Virus record (IMG/VR): IMGVR_UViG_3300042502_001233
Coordinates: 298,019-362,018 of that record
Length of the DNA stretch: 64,000 nucleotides
Reading direction: 5' to 3' (one strand)
Below the pieces are notes generated by a model that was not told where the DNA came from, did no database searches, and was given only the letters and a program-made list of their open reading frames with translations. Shown one piece after another: positions 9,669 through 19,930 of the stretch. Numbering within the stretch: the stretch's first letter is position 1; every line of letters begins with the position of its first letter. A program made the translations under genes and the position numbers.

Positions 9669-10525
9669 ATTTCATTTATTTTTTCTAAACATGTGATACT
9701 TAAACATTCACTCCATCCTTCAAATGGTAATTTAGGCATCACTTTATAATTTTTATATTCTTTAATTAATCTTTTCTCCATATCATAAATTTTAGATGGG
9801 TTATCCTCGATTAATTTTATTATTTCAAACTGGTAATTTTTTAAACTTCTATAACGTTCTTTTACAGTATTAGATGTAATACCAAATTTTATAAATTCTT
9901 CGTTTTTATTAAAAACCCTTAAAATATAAAAAAAAGCTGTTTTACCTTTGGTTTTTTTTAACCATGATTCTTTACTAAAACCAACACTTCCACATTTTTT
10001 ACAACCATGACCACATAAATGTGATTCAATTAATTGGTCAAATTCACCATGTATTGGACAATTAATTTTTATTTTAACCTTACCATTAGTATAATCAAAA
10101 GTTTTATAAGAATAAAAATTATTATGTACTTTATTAGCTTTAAATACGAACAGTTTATATTTTTCAGTACACGTCTCAATACTTATTTTAGAACCTTTAA
10201 GTAAATCGTAACATTGTGGTGTATATTTAAAACCGTTTACGTCTTCAACTAATAAAGATTCTTTCATTCCATTATAGTCTAACAATTTTAATGTTGGGTG
10301 TAACAATTTTATCTTTGATTCGATGTATTTTTCTTTATCAACAACTGATTGAATATTAAAAGATGATTTTAATAAATTATAACCATTACTTTTTCGATAA
10401 AGCCAACCATCACTATCTTCAACTATTATTTCAGAGGTAACATTAGTAAATTTTACTATTTTAAAATTTGGGAATTTTTCATTAAATTTATTAATAAAAG
10501 ATTCATTTGCTTCTTTATGTTTCAT
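9665..10525 (-). CDS. putative homing endonuclease (Zn-finger repeat plus C-terminal GIY-YIG-like domain)
   Basis: CPIHGEF...HLCGHGCKKC; FYIL...KFGIT...KERY...E. Confidence 0.75.
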   Translation of the reverse strand: MKHKEANESFINKFNEKFPNFKIVKFTNVTSEIIVEDSDGWLYRKSNGYNLLKSSFNIQSVVDKEKYIESKIKLLHPTLKLLDYNGMKESLLVEDVNGFKYTPQCYDLLKGSKISIETCTEKYKLFVFKANKVHNNFYSYKTFDYTNGKVKIKINCPIHGEFDQLIESHLCGHGCKKCGSVGFSKESWLKKTKGKTAFFYILRVFNKNEEFIKFGITSNTVKERYRSLKNYQFEIIKLIEDNPSKIYDMEKRLIKEYKNYKVMPKLPFEGWSECLSITCLEKINEI

Positions 10526-10554
10526 ACTAATAAATATCTAAAAATATTTAAAAG

Positions 10555-10596
10555 TCAAATTTTATTGTGTGTATCACTTATGCATGTTATTTTCAT
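10555..10596 (-). pseudogene. orphaned original 5' end of the 9003-9668 phosphoesterase (MKITCISDTHNKI*)
   Basis: Matches MTITCISDTHSIH at the start of 9003-9668; ATG overlaps the upstream stop. Confidence 0.8.
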
Positions 10597-11816
10597 TATG
10601 AAAAATTTTCATTATCATTTTCAAATGAACCACCAGCTCCAGAGCCTGAGAAGTCTCCACCCCCAAATCCTCCTTCGAATGATTCATTATTATTATTCAT
10701 TGATTCACCGATAATACCACCAATCAAATTACCACCAACAACAGTTCCGATTAACGCTGAATCGGTTATATAACCAATCATCGCTGATTCAACAAAAGAA
10801 TTATCATTATCAACAGTAACGTTTGTTGTTTTGGTTTGACCAGTATTTTCTCTATGTTTAAAATAATTTTTAACATAGGTGTCGTCTTTGGTTATATATA
10901 AACCATTTTTGTCTTTTTTATTAATGGTTTTTGCGATTGGTGTGAATTCAGTAATTCGTTTTAAGTATTGTCTACTTTCTAAAGACCCATGCCAAATGTG
11001 ATACAAATCACCTTTAACATAACCTAATTTACCTTTTGTTTTCTTAAAGAATTTTTTAGACCATTTGGTTACAGCATCAATATCTTCTGTAAACGATTTA
11101 GCGATACACTTATGACAAATATGACCAGCAGCAGCATGTGCCATAATATGGTCAGCACCACCTACCAAAGCTTTGTCATACAAAGGTATTTTATCTAAAA
11201 GACTTCTTTGAGCACCCCATGCAAAACCAACGTGACCGTGTTTATCATAGTTGTGGTCATCTGAATAATCAGTTGTAACATAGTTGGCAGCGAAGCTTCT
11301 CCACAATCTAGGATGTCTAACTGGTGGTTCACATCTCATATGGTCTTTAGCTTCATGTAAGTTAAAGTCTGGTTCGTATTGGTCTTTTTCCAAATGAACA
11401 CAATATTCAAACAATTGAACAATTTGTTTTTTCTGTAATTCGTCAACGGCATCTACCAACCAATTTTTGTTTGTGAATAACACATCAGCATCAACCCACA
11501 TAACATATTTAAAAGAATAAGGTAATTTTTTAATCAAACCGTTCAATAGCGTTTCTTTGTGCCAAAGAGTTGTTTGTGTGTGTACCAAGCTAAAATTTAA
11601 GTTGTCATGGTTTAATTCTGGTTTTGAATCACCAATAACACATTCCACAATTCTATGGTTTAAATGTTTTATTGATTCGTAAAATTTGTTGAAAGCGATT
11701 AACCTATAAGGGTTATTCTCAGGGTTAAAATAACAAGCGATGATTACCGCTTCTGGGTGGTTCACATATCCTGTGTTTGTTTCCCCGAATAAAAATTTTT
11801 TGAAAAAATTATGCAA
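10596..11816 (-). CDS. GT-A-like glycosyltransferase with Gly-rich C-terminal tail
   Basis: LWHKETLLN, WVDAD (DxD), GGADH, HIWHG; tail GGFGGGDFSGSGAGGSF. Confidence 0.7.
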   Translation of the reverse strand: MHNFFKKFLFGETNTGYVNHPEAVIIACYFNPENNPYRLIAFNKFYESIKHLNHRIVECVIGDSKPELNHDNLNFSLVHTQTTLWHKETLLNGLIKKLPYSFKYVMWVDADVLFTNKNWLVDAVDELQKKQIVQLFEYCVHLEKDQYEPDFNLHEAKDHMRCEPPVRHPRLWRSFAANYVTTDYSDDHNYDKHGHVGFAWGAQRSLLDKIPLYDKALVGGADHIMAHAAAGHICHKCIAKSFTEDIDAVTKWSKKFFKKTKGKLGYVKGDLYHIWHGSLESRQYLKRITEFTPIAKTINKKDKNGLYITKDDTYVKNYFKHRENTGQTKTTNVTVDNDNSFVESAMIGYITDSALIGTVVGGNLIGGIIGESMNNNNESFEGGFGGGDFSGSGAGGSFENDNENFS

Positions 11817-11875
11817 GTTATTTTCATTATCTTTTATTTTTTACAAATATACTAAAACTTTTATTAATCTGCAAC

Positions 11876-12673
11876 TTAAAGACCGCTATTTTTACTAATA
11901 TAACGTTCAGAAGCCGCAACCACAGCTTCTGAATACCAATCATCATAAGCTTTTTCTATGAATTCATATATAATTTCAGTCTCACCAATAAAATAATTTT
12001 GCATTTTTTCTTTGGTCAAAGGTCCTCGGCCAATCCATGTTACAACCCAATTCCTTGTCCCCATAGTTATAACCAACTCTTGGAAAAATTCTTGTATTTT
12101 GTTTTGTATTACGTTCTTGCTATACCACTCATACAATAAAGTTTTGGCGTGTTCAACTTGTTTATATGTATCCAAAGATAACTGAGTATCAAATTTTTCA
12201 GAAAGCTCTTTATATTTAACACCAGATTGATAATTTTTGATATACCTTTCAACTCTAGGTCTAATTATGTATTCGTTATAATATGAATGAAAATAAGCTG
12301 TGATAAAATCTGGGCTGTATTCTTTCTTTCTATTAAAATGTTTTAACATAACTTGTAACCCATTAGTCGCACCGTATTTATCACCAACACTATTTAGATA
12401 ATCGTACAAATCTTGAGTTAGTTTTTCTTTAAATTTTAAATACCACCCTTTTACTATGTCAAAAGATGAAGTTTTATCATCTATGTAATAGTTGCCAATT
12501 ATTACATTGAAACGATGTGTGATAAAATAATCAAATTTTATTTTTTGTTTGGTATCTTTCTCAACTACCATAACATCTATGTTGTCTAGCATTACGGTAT
12601 AGTTTCTATTTAAGAATTTTACTATAAACTTTTCGTCTGTCATTTTTATAATCTTTTGACTTAAATATAACAA
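11876..12673 (-). CDS. hypothetical protein
   Basis: 265-aa ORF (ATG start probably slightly downstream). Confidence 0.7.
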   Translation of the reverse strand: MLYLSQKIIKMTDEKFIVKFLNRNYTVMLDNIDVMVVEKDTKQKIKFDYFITHRFNVIIGNYYIDDKTSSFDIVKGWYLKFKEKLTQDLYDYLNSVGDKYGATNGLQVMLKHFNRKKEYSPDFITAYFHSYYNEYIIRPRVERYIKNYQSGVKYKELSEKFDTQLSLDTYKQVEHAKTLLYEWYSKNVIQNKIQEFFQELVITMGTRNWVVTWIGRGPLTKEKMQNYFIGETEIIYEFIEKAYDDWYSEAVVAASERYISKNSGL

Positions 12674-12695
12674 AAAACCTTGATAAAATCAAGGT

Positions 12696-14687
12696 TTAAA
12701 GATTAATTAACGACAAATTTATGTTCTTTTTCTCAACATCTACACTGGATACAATCACATGAACCATGTCCCCAAGTCTAATCTTGTGACCTGTGTTATA
12801 ACCTTTTACGCAATGATTGTTGGTATCAGCTTGATAAGTATCACCGTTGATGTCTGATAGTTTTATGAACCCATCACATTTGTTCTCTAGTATCTCTACA
12901 AACAAACCGTAATCAGTTACAGAACTCACAATACCTTTGAATACTTTGCCAATGTTTTCACTCATATAAACACATTGCATGTATTTGATTGAATCACGTT
13001 CTGCTTTCTGCGCCTTCTTCTCTCTTTCAGATAAATGTTGGCATCTGGTTTCAAGCTTCTCAATTTTAGGTAGCGTTGGTTTGTTCTCCAAGTACAACCC
13101 TAACAGTCTGTGTGTTATAACGTCTGGATAACGTCTAATCGGACTGGTGAAGTGGCTGTAGTCTTTAAAACCAAGACCATAGTGACCAATGTTTTTAGTT
13201 GTGTAGTTTGCTTTCTGCATTGTTCTCACAACCAAGTTGTTAATCATATCTTCCTCAGCAGTACCTCTAACATCCAACAACAACTGGTTAAGAGTTCTTG
13301 TGGTTTCCTCTGGTGTGTCAATACGAATCTCATAACCAAACTGTGAAATAAATTCCTTTAAGTTATTTAATTTATCATCGTTAGGTTTATCATGTGCTCT
13401 GTTTACATTAGGCAACTCTCGTTTGTTTATGTATTGAGCAACATGTCTGTTTGCCAACAACATAAATTCCTCAATCAACTTGTTTGAGTCTTTGGCTACC
13501 TTGAAGTGGATACCAATTGGCTTGTTGTTTTCATCCAACTTGAATTTAACCTCTTGTTTATCAAAGGATATTGAACCTTTCTTTGAACGAGTCTTACGCA
13601 TTCTCTGTGCTATCTTATTTAACAATCTAACTGCATCAAACATTTTCTTTACTTCCGTAGCGTATCTCATGCTACTGTCAATATTCATGTTTTTCATAAA
13701 TTCAAAATCAGATATGTCGGTTTCTCCTTTACCTTCTGATTCAATAATTATTTGTGCTTCTTCATATGTAAGTCTACAATCAGAGTTAATCACAGTTCTA
13801 CCGAACCATTCTTCAAGCACATGACCGTTTTGGTCAATCTTAAACACCGCTGAGAAACACAATTTGTCCTCGTTAGGTCTAAGACTACACAATCCGTTAG
13901 ACAAGTTCTCAGGAAGCATTGGAACACATCTGTCAACTAGATACACACTGGTACCTCTGGCAAACGCTTCTTTATCCAATTGTGTGTCTGGACGCAAATA
14001 GTGTGATACGTCAGCAATGTGAATACCAACAAACAACTCACCATCAACCCATTCAACACTCAACGCATCATCAAAATCTTTGGCATCCGCTGGGTCAATG
14101 GTGAACGTCAATACGTCACGCATATCTCTACGTTTGTCAATCTCTGATTGTGGTATGTCTATTGGGATTGCTCTAGCTTCTGCCAACACATCTTCGTCGA
14201 AGTCGTATGGTAAACCATATTCTTCAAGGATACTGTGTATCTCAGTTTCATGTTCACCAGCATCACCTAAAACTCTAAGGACTTTCCCGTTAGGGTTTTT
14301 AGCGTTGTCTCTCCATTCAGTTAGCTTCACAATAACCTTTTGTCCATCTGTAGCTCCACAGAGCTTGTCTGATGGAATATAAAAGTCAATTGGTAGTTTG
14401 TTACTATCTGGAATAAAGAACGCGAATTTTGGGCTTATTTGTATTGTACCAACAAACTCCGTTCTGAATCGTTCTACGATTTCAACTACATGTCCTTCCA
14501 TTGAGCGGCCAATACCTTCGACCACTTTAACTTTGACTTTATCCAAATGCAACGCTTGGTTAGTGTTGCTCTTGTGGATGTAAATGTCTTTTGGTAGGTT
14601 TGGGTCAGTCAAATACGCTGAGCCACTAGCATTCATGCTTAGTCTACCTTCTAATATATCATCAATTTTTATTTTTTCTTCTCTCAT
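12696..14687 (-). CDS. rnr: ribonuclease R
   Basis: TIDPADAKDFDDA, HIADVSHY, RGTSVY, IEEFMLLAN, HFTSPIRRYPD, C-terminal S1. Confidence 0.97.
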   Translation of the reverse strand: MREEKIKIDDILEGRLSMNASGSAYLTDPNLPKDIYIHKSNTNQALHLDKVKVKVVEGIGRSMEGHVVEIVERFRTEFVGTIQISPKFAFFIPDSNKLPIDFYIPSDKLCGATDGQKVIVKLTEWRDNAKNPNGKVLRVLGDAGEHETEIHSILEEYGLPYDFDEDVLAEARAIPIDIPQSEIDKRRDMRDVLTFTIDPADAKDFDDALSVEWVDGELFVGIHIADVSHYLRPDTQLDKEAFARGTSVYLVDRCVPMLPENLSNGLCSLRPNEDKLCFSAVFKIDQNGHVLEEWFGRTVINSDCRLTYEEAQIIIESEGKGETDISDFEFMKNMNIDSSMRYATEVKKMFDAVRLLNKIAQRMRKTRSKKGSISFDKQEVKFKLDENNKPIGIHFKVAKDSNKLIEEFMLLANRHVAQYINKRELPNVNRAHDKPNDDKLNNLKEFISQFGYEIRIDTPEETTRTLNQLLLDVRGTAEEDMINNLVVRTMQKANYTTKNIGHYGLGFKDYSHFTSPIRRYPDVITHRLLGLYLENKPTLPKIEKLETRCQHLSEREKKAQKAERDSIKYMQCVYMSENIGKVFKGIVSSVTDYGLFVEILENKCDGFIKLSDINGDTYQADTNNHCVKGYNTGHKIRLGDMVHVIVSSVDVEKKNINLSLINL

Positions 14688-14789
14688 AATGCAAATATAC
14701 TATTTTTTTTATAAATACGAAACTATTTTCATAAAAAAAAATTGATTTTAAAATTTTTCAACATATTTATATATAGAAACTATATAGAA

Positions 14790-14948
14790 ATGAAAAAACA
14801 AGATAAACGAATTCTTTTAAATATTGATGAAGAGTTAAAAACGTTGTTCACAAAAAAATGTGATGATAACCATATGAAAATATCAGCTAGAATAAAATAT
14901 CTAATAAAAATGGATATTGAAAATAAAATAACAATTAACAATGGATGA
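14790..14948 (+). CDS. small ribbon-helix-helix-like protein
   Basis: KRILLNIDEELKTLFTKKC...ISARIKYLI; TATTTAT motif upstream. Confidence 0.55.
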   Translation: MKKQDKRILLNIDEELKTLFTKKCDDNHMKISARIKYLIKMDIENKITINNG

Positions 14949-15558
14949 TAAACGTAAAAAATATAGAGAAGATAATAAAGAAAAAATAAAACAATATCGC
15001 AAAGCTTATTACCTTAAAAATAGAGAAAAAGAATTAGAGTATCAAAAAAATTTAACAAAACCTTCTTTAACTGATGATGAAAAAGAACGAAACAAATTAT
15101 ACGCTATAGAATATCGAAAAAATAACAATGAAAAAGTAAAAGAATCTAGGAAAAAATGGAAAAACAAAAATAAGTCACATATAAATAATTATAACAAAGA
15201 AAAAAGAATAAACGACCCTATGTTTAAATTAATCTCTAACTATAGAAGTATGTTATATTATAGACTAAAAAACAATGGTTTTGTTAAAAATAATAAATCT
15301 GAAATAATATTAGGTTGCACTTTTGATGAATTCAGAACCTATATAGAATCACTTTGGGAATCTTGGATGACTTGGGATAACTACGGTAATCCAAAAGATG
15401 GGGTTTATGAACCTAATAAGACTTGGGATATTGACCATATGATACCGACAGATTCGGCAACGACTGAAGAAGAACTAATTAAACTTAACCACCATACAAA
15501 TCTTCAACCAATGTGTAGTTATCATAATAGGTTCATAAAATCAAATAAATTTATTTAA
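14941..15558 (+). CDS. HNH endonuclease with Lys/Glu-rich N-terminus
   Basis: WMTWDNYG...WDIDHMIP...LNHHTNLQPMC...N. Confidence 0.85.
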   Translation: MDDKRKKYREDNKEKIKQYRKAYYLKNREKELEYQKNLTKPSLTDDEKERNKLYAIEYRKNNNEKVKESRKKWKNKNKSHINNYNKEKRINDPMFKLISNYRSMLYYRLKNNGFVKNNKSEIILGCTFDEFRTYIESLWESWMTWDNYGNPKDGVYEPNKTWDIDHMIPTDSATTEEELIKLNHHTNLQPMCSYHNRFIKSNKFI

Positions 15559-16079
15559 TCATCTTTTCCTATGAACTTTATTATAAGTTCGTTATATTTG
15601 TTAATATCATTTTGTATTTCACCAAAGTACAATCTTGCCATTGGTGCATAATCTTCTTGTTTATGTTTTTGGTCCAACTGTTGTGTTTGATACCATGGGT
15701 AAATTACTTTGTTAAAATTATAGAACATCAAACATGCATATCTATCAGCTAGGATTTCTTCTATAAAAATGTGTTTTGTAAACTCTCCAAAATCTTCTAA
15801 CGACAAATTGTGTAAAATCCAATCACCCCCAAATTTGGTGATTCGTTTCATGTGGCATGTTTCGTGCAAAATTATGAAATAAACCAACTTGTCATTATAG
15901 TAATCAACTTTGTCAACATCAACGTAAACACCTTCAATGGTTGCTATTGCTATTGGTGCACCATTAATTTTCCTAGCTTTGTAGACGAATCCAGTACATT
16001 GAATAAACTCAATAAGTTTATTGAAATCGTATTTACCGTGTTTTTTTCTTAAAAACTCTATTATCTTTTGGTCTATCAT
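15555..16079 (-). CDS. HExxH zinc metallopeptidase-like protein (IrrE/ImmA-like)
   Basis: FIILHETCH and downstream EEILADRYA. Confidence 0.7.
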   Translation of the reverse strand: MIDQKIIEFLRKKHGKYDFNKLIEFIQCTGFVYKARKINGAPIAIATIEGVYVDVDKVDYYNDKLVYFIILHETCHMKRITKFGGDWILHNLSLEDFGEFTKHIFIEEILADRYACLMFYNFNKVIYPWYQTQQLDQKHKQEDYAPMARLYFGEIQNDINKYNELIIKFIGKDD

Positions 16080-16363
16080 ATTACCTCAGTCACTTTTCCG
16101 AACACGCTTTTGGTCCAACCGTTGATGTGTCCTTTGTTGTTTCCTATTTGACAACCTTTCTTTTCGTTCTTGGCTTTGACCAGATGTGTGTAGAAATTAC
16201 CTTTCACTTTGCAATATACTATATCACCAACCTCTACATTCTCCCACGTTGCTGGTTCAAGTTTGTGTTTCTGACCAGACTTGATAAGTGGGACCATTGA
16301 GTTCCCTTTTTCACTGGTTATGAAGCTTTCCCCTTTATCCAACTTTTCTACTTTAAAATTCAT
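16076..16363 (-). CDS. peptidase S24/S26-like domain protein
   Basis: GNSMVPLIKSG, VGDIVYCKV, HLVKA. Confidence 0.7.
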   Translation of the reverse strand: MNFKVEKLDKGESFITSEKGNSMVPLIKSGQKHKLEPATWENVEVGDIVYCKVKGNFYTHLVKAKNEKKGCQIGNNKGHINGWTKSVFGKVTEVI

Positions 16364-16469
16364 AATGCAAATATACTATTATTTTTATAAATATCAAAAT
16401 AATTTTAATAAAAATGTTCTTATCGGTCGTACTTTTAAATTTTTTTAAATATTTATATATAAAAAGATT

Positions 16470-17111
16470 ATGACAACAGAAGAAAAAAAAGAAAAAAAGA
16501 GATTATATGATATAGAATATCGTAAAAAAAATAAAGAAAAACTTTGTAATCAAAAAAAAGAATGGGTTGAAAACAACAAAGAAAAAATATCAAGTTACAA
16601 ACAAAAACATAAAGAAAATAAAAAAATATCAGATAAAAAATATGCTGAAAAAAATAAAACAAAATTAAACATAAAAAAAACAAATTGGGCTAAAGCTAAC
16701 ATAGATAAAGTTAGACAAGCAAAATTAAAATATGAAAAAAATAGATTAGCTACTGATTATTTATATAAATTAAAACATAACATTAGTTGTGCAATAAGAC
16801 AGTCATTAAAAAAGAATGGTTTTAGTAAAAAATCTAAAACACATGAAATACTTGGTTGTACTTATGAAAAATTTAAAGAACACGTTGAGTCACAATGGGA
16901 ATCATGGATGTCTTGGAATAATTATGGTAAATATAATGGTGAATTAAACTATGGGTGGGATATAGACCATATAATTCCAACTTCATCAGCAATAACAGAA
17001 GAAGATGTTATTAAATTAAACCATTACACAAATCTTAAACCATTATGTAGCAAAGTTAATAGAGATATTAAAAAACATTATACCAATGTAGGTATACCAT
17101 TTATTACATGA
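16470..17111 (+). CDS. HNH endonuclease, paralog of 14941-15558
   Basis: WMSWNNYG...WDIDHIIP...LNHYTNLKPLC...N. Confidence 0.85.
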   Translation: MTTEEKKEKKRLYDIEYRKKNKEKLCNQKKEWVENNKEKISSYKQKHKENKKISDKKYAEKNKTKLNIKKTNWAKANIDKVRQAKLKYEKNRLATDYLYKLKHNISCAIRQSLKKNGFSKKSKTHEILGCTYEKFKEHVESQWESWMSWNNYGKYNGELNYGWDIDHIIPTSSAITEEDVIKLNHYTNLKPLCSKVNRDIKKHYTNVGIPFIT

Positions 17112-17605
17112 AATATTTTGAAACTTTGTAACCTACCAGTTTCAACTTGATTTTCACACCATTTTTTAAATATATCTATGTGTTCAGACCTATCATCATA
17201 TATAGAAATTTCTCTAATGGTGTTTACTCTACGTAGAATATCTTCCATGGTTTTAATCTTGGCTGTATCGGTAGAACCACCTCTGTTGAAATGATACTCG
17301 TCAAACGTCAAGTGTTTATCAGCAAGTATCTTCCTAACCAAGTCACCTAGTTTGACCATACGACCAGTAAGCATTACTGTCATGGTACTTGGGTCAGTTT
17401 TTTCTTTTTCATAATCAGCTATCACTGATGGTACTGTTGGCATATCAAACACACTCATATCTAACGAGAGTGGTTGTCCCCACCAACCAGCATGTGGCCA
17501 ATCTTTACCAGTCTTTTCTTTATATATTTTTTTACCTTCTTCTGGTAACGGTGTGTCTACAAGAGTTCCGTCAAAATCCCAGATTGTCAATTTTTTTATT
17601 TCCAT
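17078..17605 (-). CDS. HAD phosphatase, Swiss-Army-knife RNA-repair-like
   Basis: DFDGTL, WWGQP, MLTGR, IYDDRSEH. Confidence 0.8.
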   Translation of the reverse strand: MEIKKLTIWDFDGTLVDTPLPEEGKKIYKEKTGKDWPHAGWWGQPLSLDMSVFDMPTVPSVIADYEKEKTDPSTMTVMLTGRMVKLGDLVRKILADKHLTFDEYHFNRGGSTDTAKIKTMEDILRRVNTIREISIYDDRSEHIDIFKKWCENQVETGRLQSFKIFHVINGIPTLV

Positions 17606-17607
17606 TT

Positions 17608-18450
17608 TTATTCTTCTGTTTCTAAACGTCTTACAACGTCTTTAATGTTAATGTATGATGTTAATATTGTTGGCAAACCCAATAACGCGTTACAAAAATC
17701 AAACATATATCTATATGTTGAAAATACACTACCTACGGTTACTTTGTTATACATAACGTAATATGTTAACAAAGCTGTAACACTACCGTAAACAATTGTT
17801 TGAATCCATAGCGAGAATTTAGCGTCAATTGATGATAACTTTAAAGATAATTTTTGACTTCGCCTTAATAAATTATTAATTGATGATATATTTCTTGTCC
17901 CAACAATATCTGTTTGTTCTTCAGACAAGTCATTATAATGACTAGTGATTTTAGCAATTTTAGGTGAATAATATACCGTAACACCCAAGATTAAAATTGT
18001 GGTGATGATTAAAAACCCAACAATCGGTAAACTAACCAACGCTAAGAAATAAATAGCACCAACAATTCCGATAATTGTTTGTAAAACCACTAACATATCT
18101 CTTTCAAAGAAACTAACAATGTAATGCATCAAAGTTAACCTACCATTAATTTTAGTAGTTTCAACATTATTATAAATTTGGTTTTGTGTTTCTTTTGATG
18201 CAAATCGTCTATAAATACTAGAGAAAACTTTGGTATCGTAAATTCTACTAAGATAACCAAAAACCATTATATATACAAACGTAAATATTAAATACCAAAT
18301 GTATGAATAATCTTTTGCGATTAAGTGGTCAATAGAATTACCCAAAACTTTAGGGTATATTACCATCAATGTCGCGTTGATTGCAAATAAAGAATAAGAA
18401 AACAATATTGATTTCCAATTCATCTGAAACATTACTTTTAATTTATCCAT
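17608..18450 (-). CDS. ABC-type six-transmembrane domain protein without ATPase
   Basis: YPKVLGNSIDHL, RIYDTKVFSSIY, VSFFERDM; about 6 hydrophobic segments. Confidence 0.7.
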   Translation of the reverse strand: MDKLKVMFQMNWKSILFSYSLFAINATLMVIYPKVLGNSIDHLIAKDYSYIWYLIFTFVYIMVFGYLSRIYDTKVFSSIYRRFASKETQNQIYNNVETTKINGRLTLMHYIVSFFERDMLVVLQTIIGIVGAIYFLALVSLPIVGFLIITTILILGVTVYYSPKIAKITSHYNDLSEEQTDIVGTRNISSINNLLRRSQKLSLKLSSIDAKFSLWIQTIVYGSVTALLTYYVMYNKVTVGSVFSTYRYMFDFCNALLGLPTILTSYINIKDVVRRLETEE

Positions 18451-18785
18451 TTAGTAAAAAACTTCTTTAATTTGATTATAAAACTTTCTTTTTTCTCGTT
18501 ACTTAATAACGCACCATAAATTCTTTTGGTTGCGCTTCCAATGAAATCACTTGTAATCGGCCCGTGTGCGTGTATTGTTTGTTTTAGTGCACCACTGATT
18601 CTTTTGGTCTCATTTATTTTCTCTTTCTTCAACTTTTCAATTGCGTCCAGATTATTTTGTTCGTAATCGCTTACTACATCTAAGATGAAATCAATATCCT
18701 TTTGTGTTATTGTTTTGTTGAGCAATTGGTTCACCAATTTTTGTCTCAATCTACCATTTCTGGTCTTTAATATGTTAAACTTCAT
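18438..18785 (-). CDS. hypothetical protein
   Basis: 115-aa ORF behind a TATATTTG box. Confidence 0.7.
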   Translation of the reverse strand: MKFNILKTRNGRLRQKLVNQLLNKTITQKDIDFILDVVSDYEQNNLDAIEKLKKEKINETKRISGALKQTIHAHGPITSDFIGSATKRIYGALLSNEKKESFIIKLKKFFTKWIN

Positions 18786-18940
18786 CTTAAATTCTTTGCA
18801 AATATAATACTTAATTTGGAGCTACCAAACTCTTTTAATAAATATTTTAATTATTCTAAAAATTGTCTAGCTTGGCTTTCATACAACGCGGCTAGACTTT
18901 GTTTACTACCGTCATAAGAATCTAACAACCCACTGGGTTG

Positions 18941-19393
18941 TTAGATTCTTATGATTTCGTTTCTATCTGGATTTCTAGGTTTTGGGACACCTATTTCATA
19001 ATCTGGTGTTGGATGGTCTAATTGACCATATTGATAGTCCATGTAAAACAATTGACCAGTTGGCGCGCTCATAGATTCAATTGAAATTAAATCTCCACCA
19101 ATCAACGATGATGATATACTTCTAGCTATTGGGAAATCAATAGTATATCTATTTCTCCAATAATTTGATAAATCAACATGTGGGATAATAGTATTAGCCC
19201 AAGAATTGATAGCCCATTTGGTTCTGGTGTATCCATACCCAAAAATTTCAACTAGTTCTTTGACTAGCTTTTCATCGTCATATTTAACTAACCCGTCACC
19301 TTCATATTTGAATATAACGTAATTACCTCTACCATTTTTACCTAAAACATAAAAAGCGCTTAAGTATTTGTACAATAATTTCTTCATGTACAA
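18941..19393 (-). CDS. hypothetical protein with a T4 gp23-like capsid segment
   Basis: FPIARSISSSLIGGDLISIESMSAPTGQLFYMDYQYG. Confidence 0.55.
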   Translation of the reverse strand: MYMKKLLYKYLSAFYVLGKNGRGNYVIFKYEGDGLVKYDDEKLVKELVEIFGYGYTRTKWAINSWANTIIPHVDLSNYWRNRYTIDFPIARSISSSLIGGDLISIESMSAPTGQLFYMDYQYGQLDHPTPDYEIGVPKPRNPDRNEIIRI

Positions 19394-19423
19394 TTATACT
19401 CAAAACGCTACATTATGTAAACC

Positions 19424-19930
19424 TTATTTTTTAGTTTTAGGTTTTAAAGTACACATCATTTTTTTACCTTCAAGTTTAGGTAATCCTTCACTAGTACCAA
19501 ATTTATCTAAATCTAATATAAATTTAAGGATAACTTCCATACCTTTATCGGTAAACAACATTTCACGCCCTCTAAATTGCATTGAAAGTTTTATCTTATG
19601 CCCAACCTTAAGAAAATTTTCAGCATGTTTAAGTCGATAATCTAAATCATTCTGCCCAATATTATAAGAAAGTTTGATTTCCTTAATATCTAGTGATTTT
19701 TGTTTTGTCGCTTTATTTTGGTTGTAAACATATTTTTCATAATTTATTATCTTACAAACTGGTGGTTGTGCATTTTCATTAATTAAAACTAAATCTAACT
19801 CTTGTTTGTTAGCTAAATCTTGTGCTTCTTTTAACGTTATAATACCATACTCTGCAACACGAACACTTGGGTGTTTAATTTCAAAATTTAGTTTGTGTTG
19901 TCTTTCTTTTTGCTTATTTTTTTTGTTCAT
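19424..19930 (-). CDS. infC: translation initiation factor IF-3
   Basis: LDLVLINENAQPPVCKIINY, KEIKLSYNIGQND, FRGRE, PKLEGK. Confidence 0.95.
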   Translation of the reverse strand: MNKKNKQKERQHKLNFEIKHPSVRVAEYGIITLKEAQDLANKQELDLVLINENAQPPVCKIINYEKYVYNQNKATKQKSLDIKEIKLSYNIGQNDLDYRLKHAENFLKVGHKIKLSMQFRGREMLFTDKGMEVILKFILDLDKFGTSEGLPKLEGKKMMCTLKPKTKK

